A DNA stretch of 64,000 bases. It comes from a virus. Its lineage: Duplodnaviria; Caudoviricetes. The notes beneath the pieces were generated by a model that was given only the letters and a program-made list of their open reading frames with translations, searched no databases and was not told where the DNA came from. How positions within the stretch are numbered: position 1 is the stretch's first letter; each line of letters opens with the position of its first letter. Both the position numbers and the translations under genes were made by a program. Of this stretch, positions 1 through 10,239 are shown piece after piece. Where the stretch lies: the IMG/VR virus record IMGVR_UViG_3300022660_000043, one strand, 5' to 3'.

Positions 1-172
1 TCTCCGTCAATACGTTTTGAGATAGGTGTATAATCTTCAAGAATTTTTACAAGAATAGTCTTTTCTATAAATTCTTTATACTGCTTTATAAGATCATGCT
101 GATATTTACATAGTTCCCAAAGACCCTCGTTAACATCATAAGGAACTTTAAAATTCTTGAGCTTATCCTTCA

Positions 173-691
173 TCAGTCATACCACTCCCAAATATGTTTT
201 CCAATTACGTTGTACATACCTTCAGTATATTTCTTTTCAAAATAACTCCAAGCGATACCATACATAAGCTTAGGCTTTGCCTCAATACCCGTTTTCTTTT
301 CCCATTTTTCTACGTACTTCTTAAAGCCAGGATCCTTGTCTGCAATAGCAAGCAATTCCTCTTCTTCGAGATCTTCATATGTATCAAGATCATGAGCAAA
401 GTCTAAAGCTTTTTTAGTCTGCGCAGCAACACGCTTTACACGCTGCTCCTCACTCCAGCAACAATCACCCGCTTCATAAGTCTTATTATAGAACTCTAGC
501 ATAGTGGTCATCATCTTATGCATATACCAGCCAGACCAAGGGCAAAATTCCTTAGCCTGTTTGATCATCTCCTTACGGAAGGCTTCTTGACGTATCATAT
601 AACGCTTCCACTGCTTATAATACTGCCTATCAGTAAAGAAAAGCTTAAAACCGTTGAAAAATATTTTAATTTGTCTGAACATGCTTTTCAT
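173..691 (-). CDS. hypothetical protein
   Basis: ORF 173..793; ATG at 691 with AAGGAG RBS is the likelier start. Confidence 0.7.
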   Translation of the reverse strand: MKSMFRQIKIFFNGFKLFFTDRQYYKQWKRYMIRQEAFRKEMIKQAKEFCPWSGWYMHKMMTTMLEFYNKTYEAGDCCWSEEQRVKRVAAQTKKALDFAHDLDTYEDLEEEELLAIADKDPGFKKYVEKWEKKTGIEAKPKLMYGIAWSYFEKKYTEGMYNVIGKHIWEWYD

Positions 692-899
692 ACTCCTTAA
701 TAATTTTTTGCTTCTCGCTCTCAAGTACCTCTTTGAGAGTATAACGCTCATTATTGTATAATACAGTAAAATTACGCATAATATAGTCTTCAATTGGCTC
801 TAAATCAGGAATATTTCCGTGTACAGCAGACACTATAAAATATTGAGGTTGTTCCGTTTCAAAAACCTGATTTTTAATTATATTTCCAACATTCACCAA
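666..899 (-). CDS. hypothetical protein
   Basis: tiles with neighbours. Confidence 0.55.
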   Translation of the reverse strand: MVNVGNIIKNQVFETEQPQYFIVSAVHGNIPDLEPIEDYIMRNFTVLYNNERYTLKEVLESEKQKIIKEYEKHVQTN

Positions 900-1064
900 T
901 GCTCACCTTGCTTTCTATAAGCGTCTTGAATCACAAACTCGGCCTGCTGAGCAGCAATAATATAACTATCGTATACCTCATCCCAATATATTTGGTTACC
1001 TATAGTTACAATAACTCTCCAGTCTTTATCTTGCGGTCTAATTTCTACAGAATAGTCAAACATG

Positions 1065-1523
1065 TTAGTCTCGAGGTCCTGGAGTATTTTTAATCTGCTC
1101 AGCCATAGTCAAAGAATGCTTATAACCGGCGATACATTCTTTCTGAAGCTCAATAAACTCCTCTATGGTACCAAGCTCAGGAGTACAGCCTTCAGAATAC
1201 TGTTCCTCCCAAGGAAGCCATACCCAGCCCTCAGTGAAAGTATTCCACTTCTGATAGGAGCCATCCTTAAACCAGGGTCGATAACCAAGGAAATGCCAGC
1301 TCCACTCACAAATTTCTGAAATCTCTTCTTTCTTAATATAAAAGAAATTGTGCCCATGGCCTTCACCATCTTCACAAACTCTATGTCTAGCAGAATTGCT
1401 ATATTTGTCTAACAAATATTCATATCTTAGACATTCAGCCTCACTGAGAAATTTCTTTTTATTCTTAGCAATAAAATAAACTTCCGCAGGAATTTCTACT
1501 CTTTCCATTATTGATCTCCCCAA
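1065..1523 (-). CDS. hypothetical protein
   Basis: 152 aa ORF tiling in operon. Confidence 0.7.
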   Translation of the reverse strand: MGRSIMERVEIPAEVYFIAKNKKKFLSEAECLRYEYLLDKYSNSARHRVCEDGEGHGHNFFYIKKEEISEICEWSWHFLGYRPWFKDGSYQKWNTFTEGWVWLPWEEQYSEGCTPELGTIEEFIELQKECIAGYKHSLTMAEQIKNTPGPRD

Positions 1524-2462
1524 ACATCAGTATAATTACAATTATTTGTACTTACAGTTGTGTTCCAACTAGTATCATAAATATTTTTTGCGTGGTTAAA
1601 ACCATCTGCGTAGGTCTTTTCCAACAGTTCTCTTAACTGCTTAGGTGTAAAAGTATAACAAGTTTCGCCTTGAGGCAAACAAGGAATCCAAGGTCCTACT
1701 TGTGTAATATATCCACTAGTATCCACGTGTAATTCTCTCCAAATTTATTAGTTCTCCTGCCATAGCGGCAAGGAATAGCTTAGATCTCTGATCTACAGGT
1801 AGCTTTTGCCATGCAGCATACTTAGCACATTTAGCTCTGGATACAATATCTAGAGCACCACCACAGGAAGTACTTGAGCACTTAGCACAACAAGCTGAAA
1901 TAAACATCTGCAACGCAGGGTCAATACTCATTTAACATATCCTTCTTTTCTCAGCAGTGTACAAAAAGTATGATGCTCACAAGTCGTACAGCCACAATAC
2001 TTTTCACCACGCTTATTAATGGAGCACATGAGTGCTTTTTCATATTGCCAATAAGGCTCAGAGCAATAGCCATCTCTTTCTAGACAGCGCGCAAGGTCCT
2101 GTTCATCTACGTGCTCTCTGGCTTCAGACATGCCACCAAGACTCCAGTTTAAATAATTATCAAGATAAGTACTAAGTTTTTCTTCAGTCATTGTCAAATT
2201 TACTCCTATCGTATTCATCAATTTTACGCCCACATTCAGGACAATACTTTGGAAAATATCCAGCAACTGCTAACCACTGCGGAGGATGTAAATCACTTCG
2301 CCAATGGCTAAACTCCAGTACTAACGGGCGATGCGGATCCTTAACAAACATCACTCGAAACCCAGGATCTGATATACCTGTAGTCATTGCATAAGAACAT
2401 TGCTCTTCGTCAAGCTCCCATTCAGGATTTGTTCTGTTATTAGCACAAAATTTACAGCTCAT
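1508..2462 (-). other. four small hypothetical CDSs (1508-1726, 1716-1931, 1928-2191, 2184-2462), several Cys-rich/Zn-ribbon
   Basis: overlapping start/stop tiling; YCPECG in 2184-2462. Confidence 0.65.
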
Positions 2463-2471
2463 AAATCCTCC

Positions 2472-2900
2472 TTAAAACGTCCACCATTTACGATGATAGC
2501 CACAGCAAATATAAACTACCTCACCATTTTCCCACTTGGGAGTAAGGCTCTTCTGAAACTTTACCTTAAAGTCTCTAATAAGATACTCTCGAATCCGCTT
2601 AGCATCTGTTTCATCCCACCAAGGATGATCTGCCATTACATGGTTTACAAAATTTTCCCAATTCTGCTTAACCATCTCACAAAGCTCTGCTGCAAGCTCT
2701 GGAGTGTACTTTTCGGTCATATAAAACAGATCTCTAAATCTGTCTGCTCGCAGAAATAGTTCAATCTTCTTATCTTGAGTAAGCGTATCATTCTCAGGCT
2801 TACAGACTTTCAACAAATAAGCAGAGCCTTCAGGGTCATTAGCAAACTGTTCAAGCTCTTGAGTAAAATCATTATCTCCAACAGTAATTCTTAAAATCAT
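2472..2900 (-). CDS. hypothetical protein
   Basis: 142 aa ORF, ATGA overlap. Confidence 0.7.
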   Translation of the reverse strand: MILRITVGDNDFTQELEQFANDPEGSAYLLKVCKPENDTLTQDKKIELFLRADRFRDLFYMTEKYTPELAAELCEMVKQNWENFVNHVMADHPWWDETDAKRIREYLIRDFKVKFQKSLTPKWENGEVVYICCGYHRKWWTF

Positions 2901-3097
2901 CTTCCACTATAACTCCTATTATAATGAGTTTCTCCGTTAATAACTACCTTTGTAGCATCTACTTCAATATCGATAATACCACAATCTAAGGGTAAATCAA
3001 GAAACTTAAGTAAGTCTTCAAAATCTTCTTCACATTTAAACTTGGACTTATAAAGCCTAATAAAAGACGTGCCAGGTCTGTAATCATAAATGTTCAT
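2897..3097 (-). CDS. hypothetical protein
   Basis: GAGG RBS, tiling. Confidence 0.6.
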   Translation of the reverse strand: MNIYDYRPGTSFIRLYKSKFKCEEDFEDLLKFLDLPLDCGIIDIEVDATKVVINGETHYNRSYSGR

Positions 3098-3117
3098 ACC
3101 AAATACCTCTCTTTTTA

Positions 3118-3837
3118 TTATACAGCCTTCTCTGCTTCCTTTTTAGCCAAATAATCACAAAACTCTTGACAACGTTCCTTGCTATGAAATACACTATACC
3201 ATTCATTAAGGTCTTTGAAAGGTAGGTTATCTACTGTCCGATGAGTTCCAACATCAGAAAAATCAGAAATCTGAAACTCGCACTCATTAGTAATGCTATC
3301 ACAACGAGTAGTATACCAATAATAAACTGGCTTATCAAAAGTAGAATCTCTAAATTGATTTACAATAGGAAATTTAGGATGTACCTTAAATCTAGTCAGT
3401 AATGCAGGTACAGGCTCGAAGACCGTTGTATACTTATCGCACTCACAAGGTTCAGTAAGTTCTTTGCCACGAGGTGACTTAAAATGAACTTTGCGCTCAT
3501 CATCACATTTATCACACTTAGGAACATAAACCTTACGACGTCCTACTTTCCAAGCTTCAACAACACATTCACCAAATAGCTCTTCAAGAGTAAGTCTTTT
3601 AGCATTATCTTCAGCTGCTTCAATACGACGTTCACAGTCTCGCCGTACGGTATCAAGCTCTGCCCGCATACGATCACGCTCATATTTATAAGGTCGAAGC
3701 TCTTCATTTTCCTTTCTAAGCTTCTCAAGCTCATCAAGAAATTCTTGCTTTACAGTACCAAGTAAAACTTTCTTGATCTCTTCATATACTAGATCACCTG
3801 TACTTGGCTCATCATAATCAAAAAAATTGTCGTACAT
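3118..3837 (-). CDS. hypothetical coiled-coil/Zn-finger protein
   Basis: 239 aa, GGAGG RBS, CDKC...CEC. Confidence 0.75.
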   Translation of the reverse strand: MYDNFFDYDEPSTGDLVYEEIKKVLLGTVKQEFLDELEKLRKENEELRPYKYERDRMRAELDTVRRDCERRIEAAEDNAKRLTLEELFGECVVEAWKVGRRKVYVPKCDKCDDERKVHFKSPRGKELTEPCECDKYTTVFEPVPALLTRFKVHPKFPIVNQFRDSTFDKPVYYWYTTRCDSITNECEFQISDFSDVGTHRTVDNLPFKDLNEWYSVFHSKERCQEFCDYLAKKEAEKAV

Positions 3838-3849
3838 GAAATCCTCCTA

Positions 3850-4786
3850 TTATTTATAACATGAATTAAATTCTTCCATAAACTTATCATAGTCTGCCGG
3901 GGTTCTAGGTCTAAGATCTACTTCTTCATTTGCAATGTCTTCTTTGGCTAATTTATCAAGAACCCAGAATAAATGAGATACGAGAGTGTGGGCTGGTTCT
4001 CTACGATCTGTGTACCTTGAAGCACTATAGTAAGTCTTAACTTTTGTCACAAAGCGATCAATTACTTCCTGATCCGTCATTATCTTCCTCCCACCATACA
4101 TGAATAATTTCATCTTCTGAATTACAGTTTCTCCAGCGGTGTCTGTAGCCAGCTTTCTGAAGTTCCTGCGTAATAATCTCGCGATCTTTGACCGTAAGGT
4201 AGAAGTCACCAGTGCATACAATAACATCCCCTCGACCATGTTCTGCGGCATAATCAATTTCTTTCTGAATCTTAATCGCAACCTTTTCTGTATTTGGCTT
4301 AGGTCGACGTGCCTCTCTCATAGCACTCTTGATAATAGCATAATTAGTAAACAAATTAGTCATTTACTTTTTCCTCCCCAAAAGAATTATACATCTTACC
4401 GTCCCACCAAAAACCTTGATAAGACAAGCTATAAAATTCAGTCCATTTATGTCCTTGCTCACACATCATATTGGCATGTACCCCAATACCAATACCAGCC
4501 TTTGCAAACTGACATTCTTTATAAACACCACCACATTTCGGGCATGTTCTACCAAAAAGCTTTTCTTCCATATTTAATCCTCAAAGGTAACACATTTAAG
4601 CTCATATCTACGCTGTCTATGCTCATCAACGTATACAAACTCATTTTCCCAATGCCCTGTCCCACGAAGTCTCATAACCAAGGCATCCTGAGCCTTTTGC
4701 AGAGAAGAATAGCCGTCAGAACTTACTACCGACGGCTGAGCAAAAGTATAAGTATGAACTAAACAAATCCAAATATCTTTCTTCAT
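3850..4786 (-). other. four small hypothetical CDSs (3850-4080, 4058-4363, 4356-4571, 4574-4786)
   Basis: tiling with GAGG RBSs. Confidence 0.65.
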
Positions 4787-4804
4787 ATAAATACCTCTAA
4801 AAAT

Positions 4805-4881
4805 TGGTGCCGACCGCAGGATTCGAACCTGGCTACCTCGCGATTATAAGTCGCGTGCACAGCCATATGTGCTTGACCGGC
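4805..4881 (-). tRNA. tRNA-Ile (anticodon UAU), CCA encoded
   Basis: revcomp GCCGGTC...CGCGA-CTTATAA-TCGCG...CAGG-TTCGAAT-CCTG...GGTCGGC-A-CCA; full cloverleaf. Confidence 0.9.
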
Positions 4882-4907
4882 ATAAGGCCCGGTGGGGCCT
4901 AAGTAAA

Positions 4908-5279
4908 TCAGTTAATGCCTGTGAACATTGCCTCAAGCTCTGCTTCCATGTCCTTGGCTTCACAAACACGATCAAGAGCTGCGATCTCTGCACGCTCCAT
5001 TGCCTTCTGCGCACGACGTCTCTCGATCTCAATCCACTCAAGATGCTGCTTACACATCTTAGCATAAGCTACCATACTTGCATGGCGCTTCATAGCAATC
5101 TTAATATCAAGACGCTTAAGAGCCACGTCGGTACCAAACTTAAGATCAAAGTTATCATTAGGGTCACACTTAGCAAAAGCGCTTACAGGCTTACCTGCAT
5201 ACATAGTAGTTGCCTTAACGATATGTGCGCCGGTCTTCTTGTCTACGTAATCGAAAACCTTAGTCTCATAATTTCTCAT
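4908..5279 (-). CDS. conserved phage hypothetical protein
   Basis: 123 aa; AKCDPNDNFDLKFG-type motif common in phage proteins. Confidence 0.75.
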   Translation of the reverse strand: MRNYETKVFDYVDKKTGAHIVKATTMYAGKPVSAFAKCDPNDNFDLKFGTDVALKRLDIKIAMKRHASMVAYAKMCKQHLEWIEIERRRAQKAMERAEIAALDRVCEAKDMEAELEAMFTGIN

Positions 5280-5340
5280 TTTATAATCTCCTTTTTAACG
5301 AGTCAAATTTATTTACATTATATAATACAATATACACTAC

Positions 5341-6318
5341 TTAATTTTTAGAGCTATTTTTAAAAACTTTAGTAATGTTGTCAGCTGTAAAATCTTCTTT
5401 GTTCAGAATACGAACAGGTCGACCATATTGATAGGTGCCAGGCAAAGGAATTCCAGGAATTTGAGAGCCATTTACGATACACTCAAATTTCTCTACACCT
5501 TTCTCATCAATATAAGGCATACAACCATCCATAGTAATAGCCTTCCAATAAATACCCTGCATATCCTCACAGAAATGATGCGGATTACCATGAATAGCTC
5601 TTGTTTTGACTAGAATATGATAGCCACCTGAGGTATCAATAATTAAGTAATTACCCAAACCAAATCTTTGGTTAAGGCTGTCAAGCATCTGACTATAATA
5701 GCCTTGGTACCCACAGGCATGATCCTTAAACCACGGCGGAACATCGAGATCAAAGTCAAGCCAATAAACTGAACCCTTACAATGAGCTCTTGCATGCTTT
5801 ACATTGCTTTCAATATTGCTGAAATTTTGATATGACTGCAAATTAGCGTCAAGTGTCTTACCGTTCAACATTGCTTTAACGATAGCTGTCTTAGTATCAT
5901 TAAGCTTCTGCATTACTTCATCAGCTACTTTAAGTTCATCACAAGGATTTACATAAAAGATAGTAGCAATACATTTCTCAGGAAGTGGATAGCCACCAGA
6001 AGTAAGATAAGCTCCCTTATCTACATTAAATCTCTTAAGCTTCTTTACGAAATTAGTCATGTTCCAGCCATCATCTTCGGCAAGATCGGCTGCATCATGA
6101 AACTTTCTAACTCGAAAAGTCTGAGTAGCTAAAAACTCTGCATCCTTTTTTGCAATACCTACCTCAGCTCTTTCCTCTGCAGTAAGCTTCTTAAATCTCG
6201 CTACAAAAACTGCAGCATAAGACTCATTTACTTGTGGCTTCTGAATAACGTGCTCAAAAAACCACTTGAGTTCATCTTCATCTGCAATAACTTCAAAACG
6301 ATCTAAATCTCTGATCAT
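5341..6318 (-). CDS. putative archaeo-eukaryotic primase (AEP)-fold nucleotidyltransferase
   Basis: WLDFDLD (motif I, hhDhD) and DTSGGYH (motif II). Confidence 0.55.
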   Translation of the reverse strand: MIRDLDRFEVIADEDELKWFFEHVIQKPQVNESYAAVFVARFKKLTAEERAEVGIAKKDAEFLATQTFRVRKFHDAADLAEDDGWNMTNFVKKLKRFNVDKGAYLTSGGYPLPEKCIATIFYVNPCDELKVADEVMQKLNDTKTAIVKAMLNGKTLDANLQSYQNFSNIESNVKHARAHCKGSVYWLDFDLDVPPWFKDHACGYQGYYSQMLDSLNQRFGLGNYLIIDTSGGYHILVKTRAIHGNPHHFCEDMQGIYWKAITMDGCMPYIDEKGVEKFECIVNGSQIPGIPLPGTYQYGRPVRILNKEDFTADNITKVFKNSSKN

Positions 6319-7019
6319 CGTATATCCTCCAAAAGCTCCCAGTCCATAAATAAGAAGTGCATCTTATCATGGTGTTTGTTTGTATGCCAATGTCCACAGA
6401 ACCAAGCCTTATAATCAAGTTTATCTTCAATCTCATCAAGCCAACGCTCTGTGCTATCGTCTACCTTAGACTGGTCAATACCAGAAATGAACTCCTCAAC
6501 AGGCTCATACTTAAACGGACAAGTATGCGAGAATACCGCATCTACCTTATAATTTATACTATCAAGTTTTTCGGCGACATTTGCTTTAATAGCCTCAGAA
6601 GGCTGTTCACTCTCAAACCAAGCATAACCACTTGCCAAACGATAATATTTATCTACACTATAGGCACCACCAAGAACGAGGCACTGTTTGCCGGCAAGAG
6701 TATAAACTTGGCCATCAATCGCAAACAGAAGCTTTGGATACTGTGGCTGTCTATATACTAGACCACCACCCCAAAGCATAATCTCGTACCCAGCTACATT
6801 CTGAGGTCGTTCCTCGTGATTACCATGAATACAAAGAATAGTAGCTTCAATATATTTATCCAAAGCTTCTTTTAGCCGATCATCTTTTTTATTAAGATAA
6901 TAATTTGCACCGACATCTCCGAGAAGCACAATAATATCATCTTTAGTTACACCAAGTTGCTGGGCTCTATAAATCAAGAACTCAGGATTTCCATGAATAT
7001 CTCCAGTAATATATACCAT
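6315..7019 (-). CDS. calcineurin-like metallophosphoesterase
   Basis: GDIHG, LGD, GNHE, SH, GHWH motifs; start 7019 with GGAGG. Confidence 0.9.
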   Translation of the reverse strand: MVYITGDIHGNPEFLIYRAQQLGVTKDDIIVLLGDVGANYYLNKKDDRLKEALDKYIEATILCIHGNHEERPQNVAGYEIMLWGGGLVYRQPQYPKLLFAIDGQVYTLAGKQCLVLGGAYSVDKYYRLASGYAWFESEQPSEAIKANVAEKLDSINYKVDAVFSHTCPFKYEPVEEFISGIDQSKVDDSTERWLDEIEDKLDYKAWFCGHWHTNKHHDKMHFLFMDWELLEDIR

Positions 7020-7081
7020 AATAAACCTCCGATACAGTTCTAATATATTATACAACAGGCAAAAAAGAAAAGTTGCGTATT

Positions 7082-7285
7082 TCAGCAACTTTCTTTCTGC
7101 TTTTCTTCCAAAGCTTTATCGATCATATCCCTAATTTCTAATAAGCGTTCTGCAGGGCAATCTAATACTAATTCAAAGTTTTTTGGTACGGCTATTAAAT
7201 CAACACCAACCTTATTTTGAATTACTTTAAACAGCTTCATAAGGTTTTCTTTTGGTAGAGAATCATCATAGTACAGAATGTTCAT
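7082..7285 (-). CDS. hypothetical protein
   Basis: tiling. Confidence 0.6.
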   Translation of the reverse strand: MNILYYDDSLPKENLMKLFKVIQNKVGVDLIAVPKNFELVLDCPAERLLEIRDMIDKALEEKQKESC

Positions 7286-7685
7286 AAGTTATCTCCTTAT
7301 AAAACGGATCTTCAGAGTACTCATAATAATCATCTGCCTCAGAACAGTTATACCAACAAAATTCAACAACACGAATTGCTGAAAATTCAGCTGCCGGCAT
7401 AATCTGAGCAAAAAGCCGAGCAAAAACATTAAACTCAGTTTGATAAAGCTCACGCACTTTGCCCCACTCGCCGTCATTGGCGTCATATTCACGCTCAATT
7501 ACAAAATCAATAAAAGTGCTCTCAGTAGGAGCAAACTGAAATTTGCCTACTTTACCATACTCAAATAAACTCTTAAAATTTTGTTCACAGTACTCTCTAG
7601 CAGCATCAACATCCTCAAACCTATGCTGCCAACCTGTTTTTTCATAAGGAATTCTCAATACCTTTTCTCTTACATAAGTACTCAT
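7266..7685 (-). CDS. hypothetical protein
   Basis: 139 aa, tiling. Confidence 0.7.
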   Translation of the reverse strand: MSTYVREKVLRIPYEKTGWQHRFEDVDAAREYCEQNFKSLFEYGKVGKFQFAPTESTFIDFVIEREYDANDGEWGKVRELYQTEFNVFARLFAQIMPAAEFSAIRVVEFCWYNCSEADDYYEYSEDPFYKEITYEHSVL

Positions 7686-8242
7686 GTTCTAGCCTCCTTA
7701 ACAAAAGTTGCACTTTCATCTGCTACATGAAGAAGCCAAGCCAGAGGGCAATGCTCCCAAGCAGCTGCAATTACATTATTCTCTCCGTCCCAGGTGCCCA
7801 TATGACAATTAATTGATACAGCTTCCTCTGGAAGAAGTCTAATAAAGTTCTGCAGAATAAATACAGACTTACTACCATGTCCACCGTAATGAAGCTCTTC
7901 ATTATGAACATAAGCATCATATGTCTCCCACTTACCCTGAGCATCCTTACGATACTTAACTTCCTTGCCATACATATTTACTTTACACAAATCATGAAAC
8001 AAGGAAATAATAACAAGACTCTCTTCAGAAGCATTGATCTCAGGATAAATAGCAATCAAACGCTTTAACTCATTATATACATTAAGGCTATGTTCAACAA
8101 GTCCACCTTCATAAGCACCGTGATACCGAGTGCTTGCTGGGGCAGTAAAGAAATCACTGTTCTCAAGCCAAGCAAGCAACTCTGGCATTCCTGGTCTCGT
8201 AATAGATTGACACAACGAAATAAAAGTTTCTTTATTTGTCAT
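7682..8242 (-). CDS. HD-domain phosphohydrolase
   Basis: APASTRYH..GGLVEHS, HDLCK, HG, HMG, AD. Confidence 0.9.
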   Translation of the reverse strand: MTNKETFISLCQSITRPGMPELLAWLENSDFFTAPASTRYHGAYEGGLVEHSLNVYNELKRLIAIYPEINASEESLVIISLFHDLCKVNMYGKEVKYRKDAQGKWETYDAYVHNEELHYGGHGSKSVFILQNFIRLLPEEAVSINCHMGTWDGENNVIAAAWEHCPLAWLLHVADESATFVKEART

Positions 8243-9052
8243 TTAGCTCTCCTTGGGAAGAAATCTCTCAATATAGTTTCGGTCCTGTGTAAAAATAGGA
8301 CATTCTTTATCAATATACCACTCAGATCGTGCTGCTCCATTACGCTCTACAGATCTCTTATAGCAACAAACACCACGCTTAAACTCAATAGGCATATCAT
8401 TGAAATTAATACCCTTCTGCCACAACATCTCCTGAATATCTGAAGTAGACTTCTTGTGCAGCTCCTTATGACTAAAGTGTGTTTGTCCAAGCATCTGAAT
8501 GGCATTACGAGTAGCATCTTCTTGCCTCCAGATATACACGTTACAAACTTCTGAGGTAGGAATGCTGAAGCAGCGAGCATCAAACATTGCACCCTTATCC
8601 TTGGCCTTCAGCAGTTCAATAGAATAGTTATCAAGAGTTTTGCCGGCAGTATACTCATTAACATAAGTTCTGAAAGCCTTATTGAAGTGCAAGGTAGCCA
8701 TAGAAGCAGCAATAGAGCACATCTTTTGCACACCGTATCCAAACCAAGCATCAGTATTAATAGTGTCGTAATCAGTCAACAGAAGTGAAATTTCGTCGCT
8801 CTGTGTATATCCAAACTTACAACCCTGGATATTTTTACAAAGATACTGCAAGGTAGAATTCATTGCCTTATGGAAAACCTCGTCATAAGGCTTTTGAAAA
8901 TTCTTACAAAATGAATGAAAACATTTGCCGTCGATTCGAATCACCACAGGAAGCCTTCTGGTAAGATAAGTCTTAGCTCTATTTTCATAATTATTTTTCA
9001 TTCTATCGCCGAGCGAATCTTTTTTATTTGCCATAACATAATTGCCTTTCAT
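8243..9052 (-). CDS. thg1: tRNA(His) guanylyltransferase / Thg1-like 3'-5' polymerase
   Basis: RIDGKCFH, YTQSDEISL, FDAR, WRQEDATRN; start may be 9034. Confidence 0.92.
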   Translation of the reverse strand: MKGNYVMANKKDSLGDRMKNNYENRAKTYLTRRLPVVIRIDGKCFHSFCKNFQKPYDEVFHKAMNSTLQYLCKNIQGCKFGYTQSDEISLLLTDYDTINTDAWFGYGVQKMCSIAASMATLHFNKAFRTYVNEYTAGKTLDNYSIELLKAKDKGAMFDARCFSIPTSEVCNVYIWRQEDATRNAIQMLGQTHFSHKELHKKSTSDIQEMLWQKGINFNDMPIEFKRGVCCYKRSVERNGAARSEWYIDKECPIFTQDRNYIERFLPKES

Positions 9053-9172
9053 TATTTAATTTTATTTAACTCTTTTATGATTACGTGAAGCCTCTCCAAT
9101 ATGACATTTGTGTTCTGCAGATAATGGGAGCTTTCCTCTTAGCCAACCAAGCGCCAAATATGTAAAAAATTA

Positions 9173-9409
9173 TTAATCTCGTCTTTTGTTAGCTTTACAG
9201 ATAGCTCTAACAATTCCGATAAAGACACCTACAATAAAAATTACGATACAAACCGCAACAAAAAGTGCAATAGGAATCCAAAGAGGTGCTGTTACCCACC
9301 ACCAGGACCAATTAATTATATTACAAAGTTTAAGAACCAGAAAAACAATAAAAACCAAACCACTGAGGGTAATACCACCACCAGCGCTAACTCCACTTTC
9401 TCTATTCAC
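9173..9409 (-). CDS. small membrane protein (LKL..I.WSWWWV.APLW family)
   Basis: two hydrophobic segments, characteristic motif. Confidence 0.75.
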   Translation of the reverse strand: MNRESGVSAGGGITLSGLVFIVFLVLKLCNIINWSWWWVTAPLWIPIALFVAVCIVIFIVGVFIGIVRAICKANKRRD

Positions 9410-9414
9410 AGCTA

Positions 9415-9819
9415 TTACCTCGTTCTAAATTTACCAAAAGGCAAAGTAGCCCAACGAATAATACACTGTCTGCAAGTCTCTTGGTCTGTATTCTCATCCT
9501 CAGTTGCCTGGCAAACATAATCCTTAACATCTGGCGGGCACTTATCCGCTACTGCAAGCTCAAGAGCTTCCAATAGTCTCTTAGACTTTGCAGTATCGGG
9601 TCCGGCTACCTTAGCTGCCCAGTTTCTAAAGCACTGCGCACAGATCTCTTCCTCAGAACCCTTAGCATTAGGGTCTTCACAAAGGTAATCTACATTTTCA
9701 GGTGGACAGTCTTCTCCAAGAGCAGATCTGAGTACATCATACAAATGCTCCTCTCTTGCAGTATCAAGAGAATAATCATACATTTTATCCTTAATAGGAT
9801 CAAGCTCTGATCTAATCAT
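9415..9819 (-). CDS. hypothetical protein with two CPP-x-C-x-CxxC repeats
   Basis: DCPPENVDYLC...CAQC and KCPPDVKDYVC...CRQC. Confidence 0.7.
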   Translation of the reverse strand: MIRSELDPIKDKMYDYSLDTAREEHLYDVLRSALGEDCPPENVDYLCEDPNAKGSEEEICAQCFRNWAAKVAGPDTAKSKRLLEALELAVADKCPPDVKDYVCQATEDENTDQETCRQCIIRWATLPFGKFRTR

Positions 9820-10238
9820 TCTTTATCAATCTCCTTCTTAGATTTATCACAGGTACAAAAATAGTCAGCTGGGATCTCTGCAATAGTTTCATCTGCCTTA
9901 TTTAATATCCAATAGGTATAACTATTTTTAACAGTCTCAAACTTAAGTACAGCAGTATCAGCATTTGTACTAATAATCTCAAGCTTTTCAATAGCTATCG
10001 GTCTAATATGTCTATGGTACTTACCTTTGCCGTCTACATATTCAAAACGAGTGATAGGCTTGGAATAGGGAGCACTATTAATAACCTGAACATCAGAAGT
10101 AAGTTCAACTCTATAGGTATCAGAGCTCTTAAGCAAAAACCTAAGAGCCTGATCCCTAAGATCACTTAAATTAAGTGCTTCCTGTAGATCTCTATAGTGT
10201 TGTTCACTAAGGTCCCGCCAATATTTCTTAGTTCTCAT
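9816..10238 (-). CDS. hypothetical protein
   Basis: tiling; start MRTKK. Confidence 0.65.
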   Translation of the reverse strand: MRTKKYWRDLSEQHYRDLQEALNLSDLRDQALRFLLKSSDTYRVELTSDVQVINSAPYSKPITRFEYVDGKGKYHRHIRPIAIEKLEIISTNADTAVLKFETVKNSYTYWILNKADETIAEIPADYFCTCDKSKKEIDKE

Positions 10239-10239
10239 A

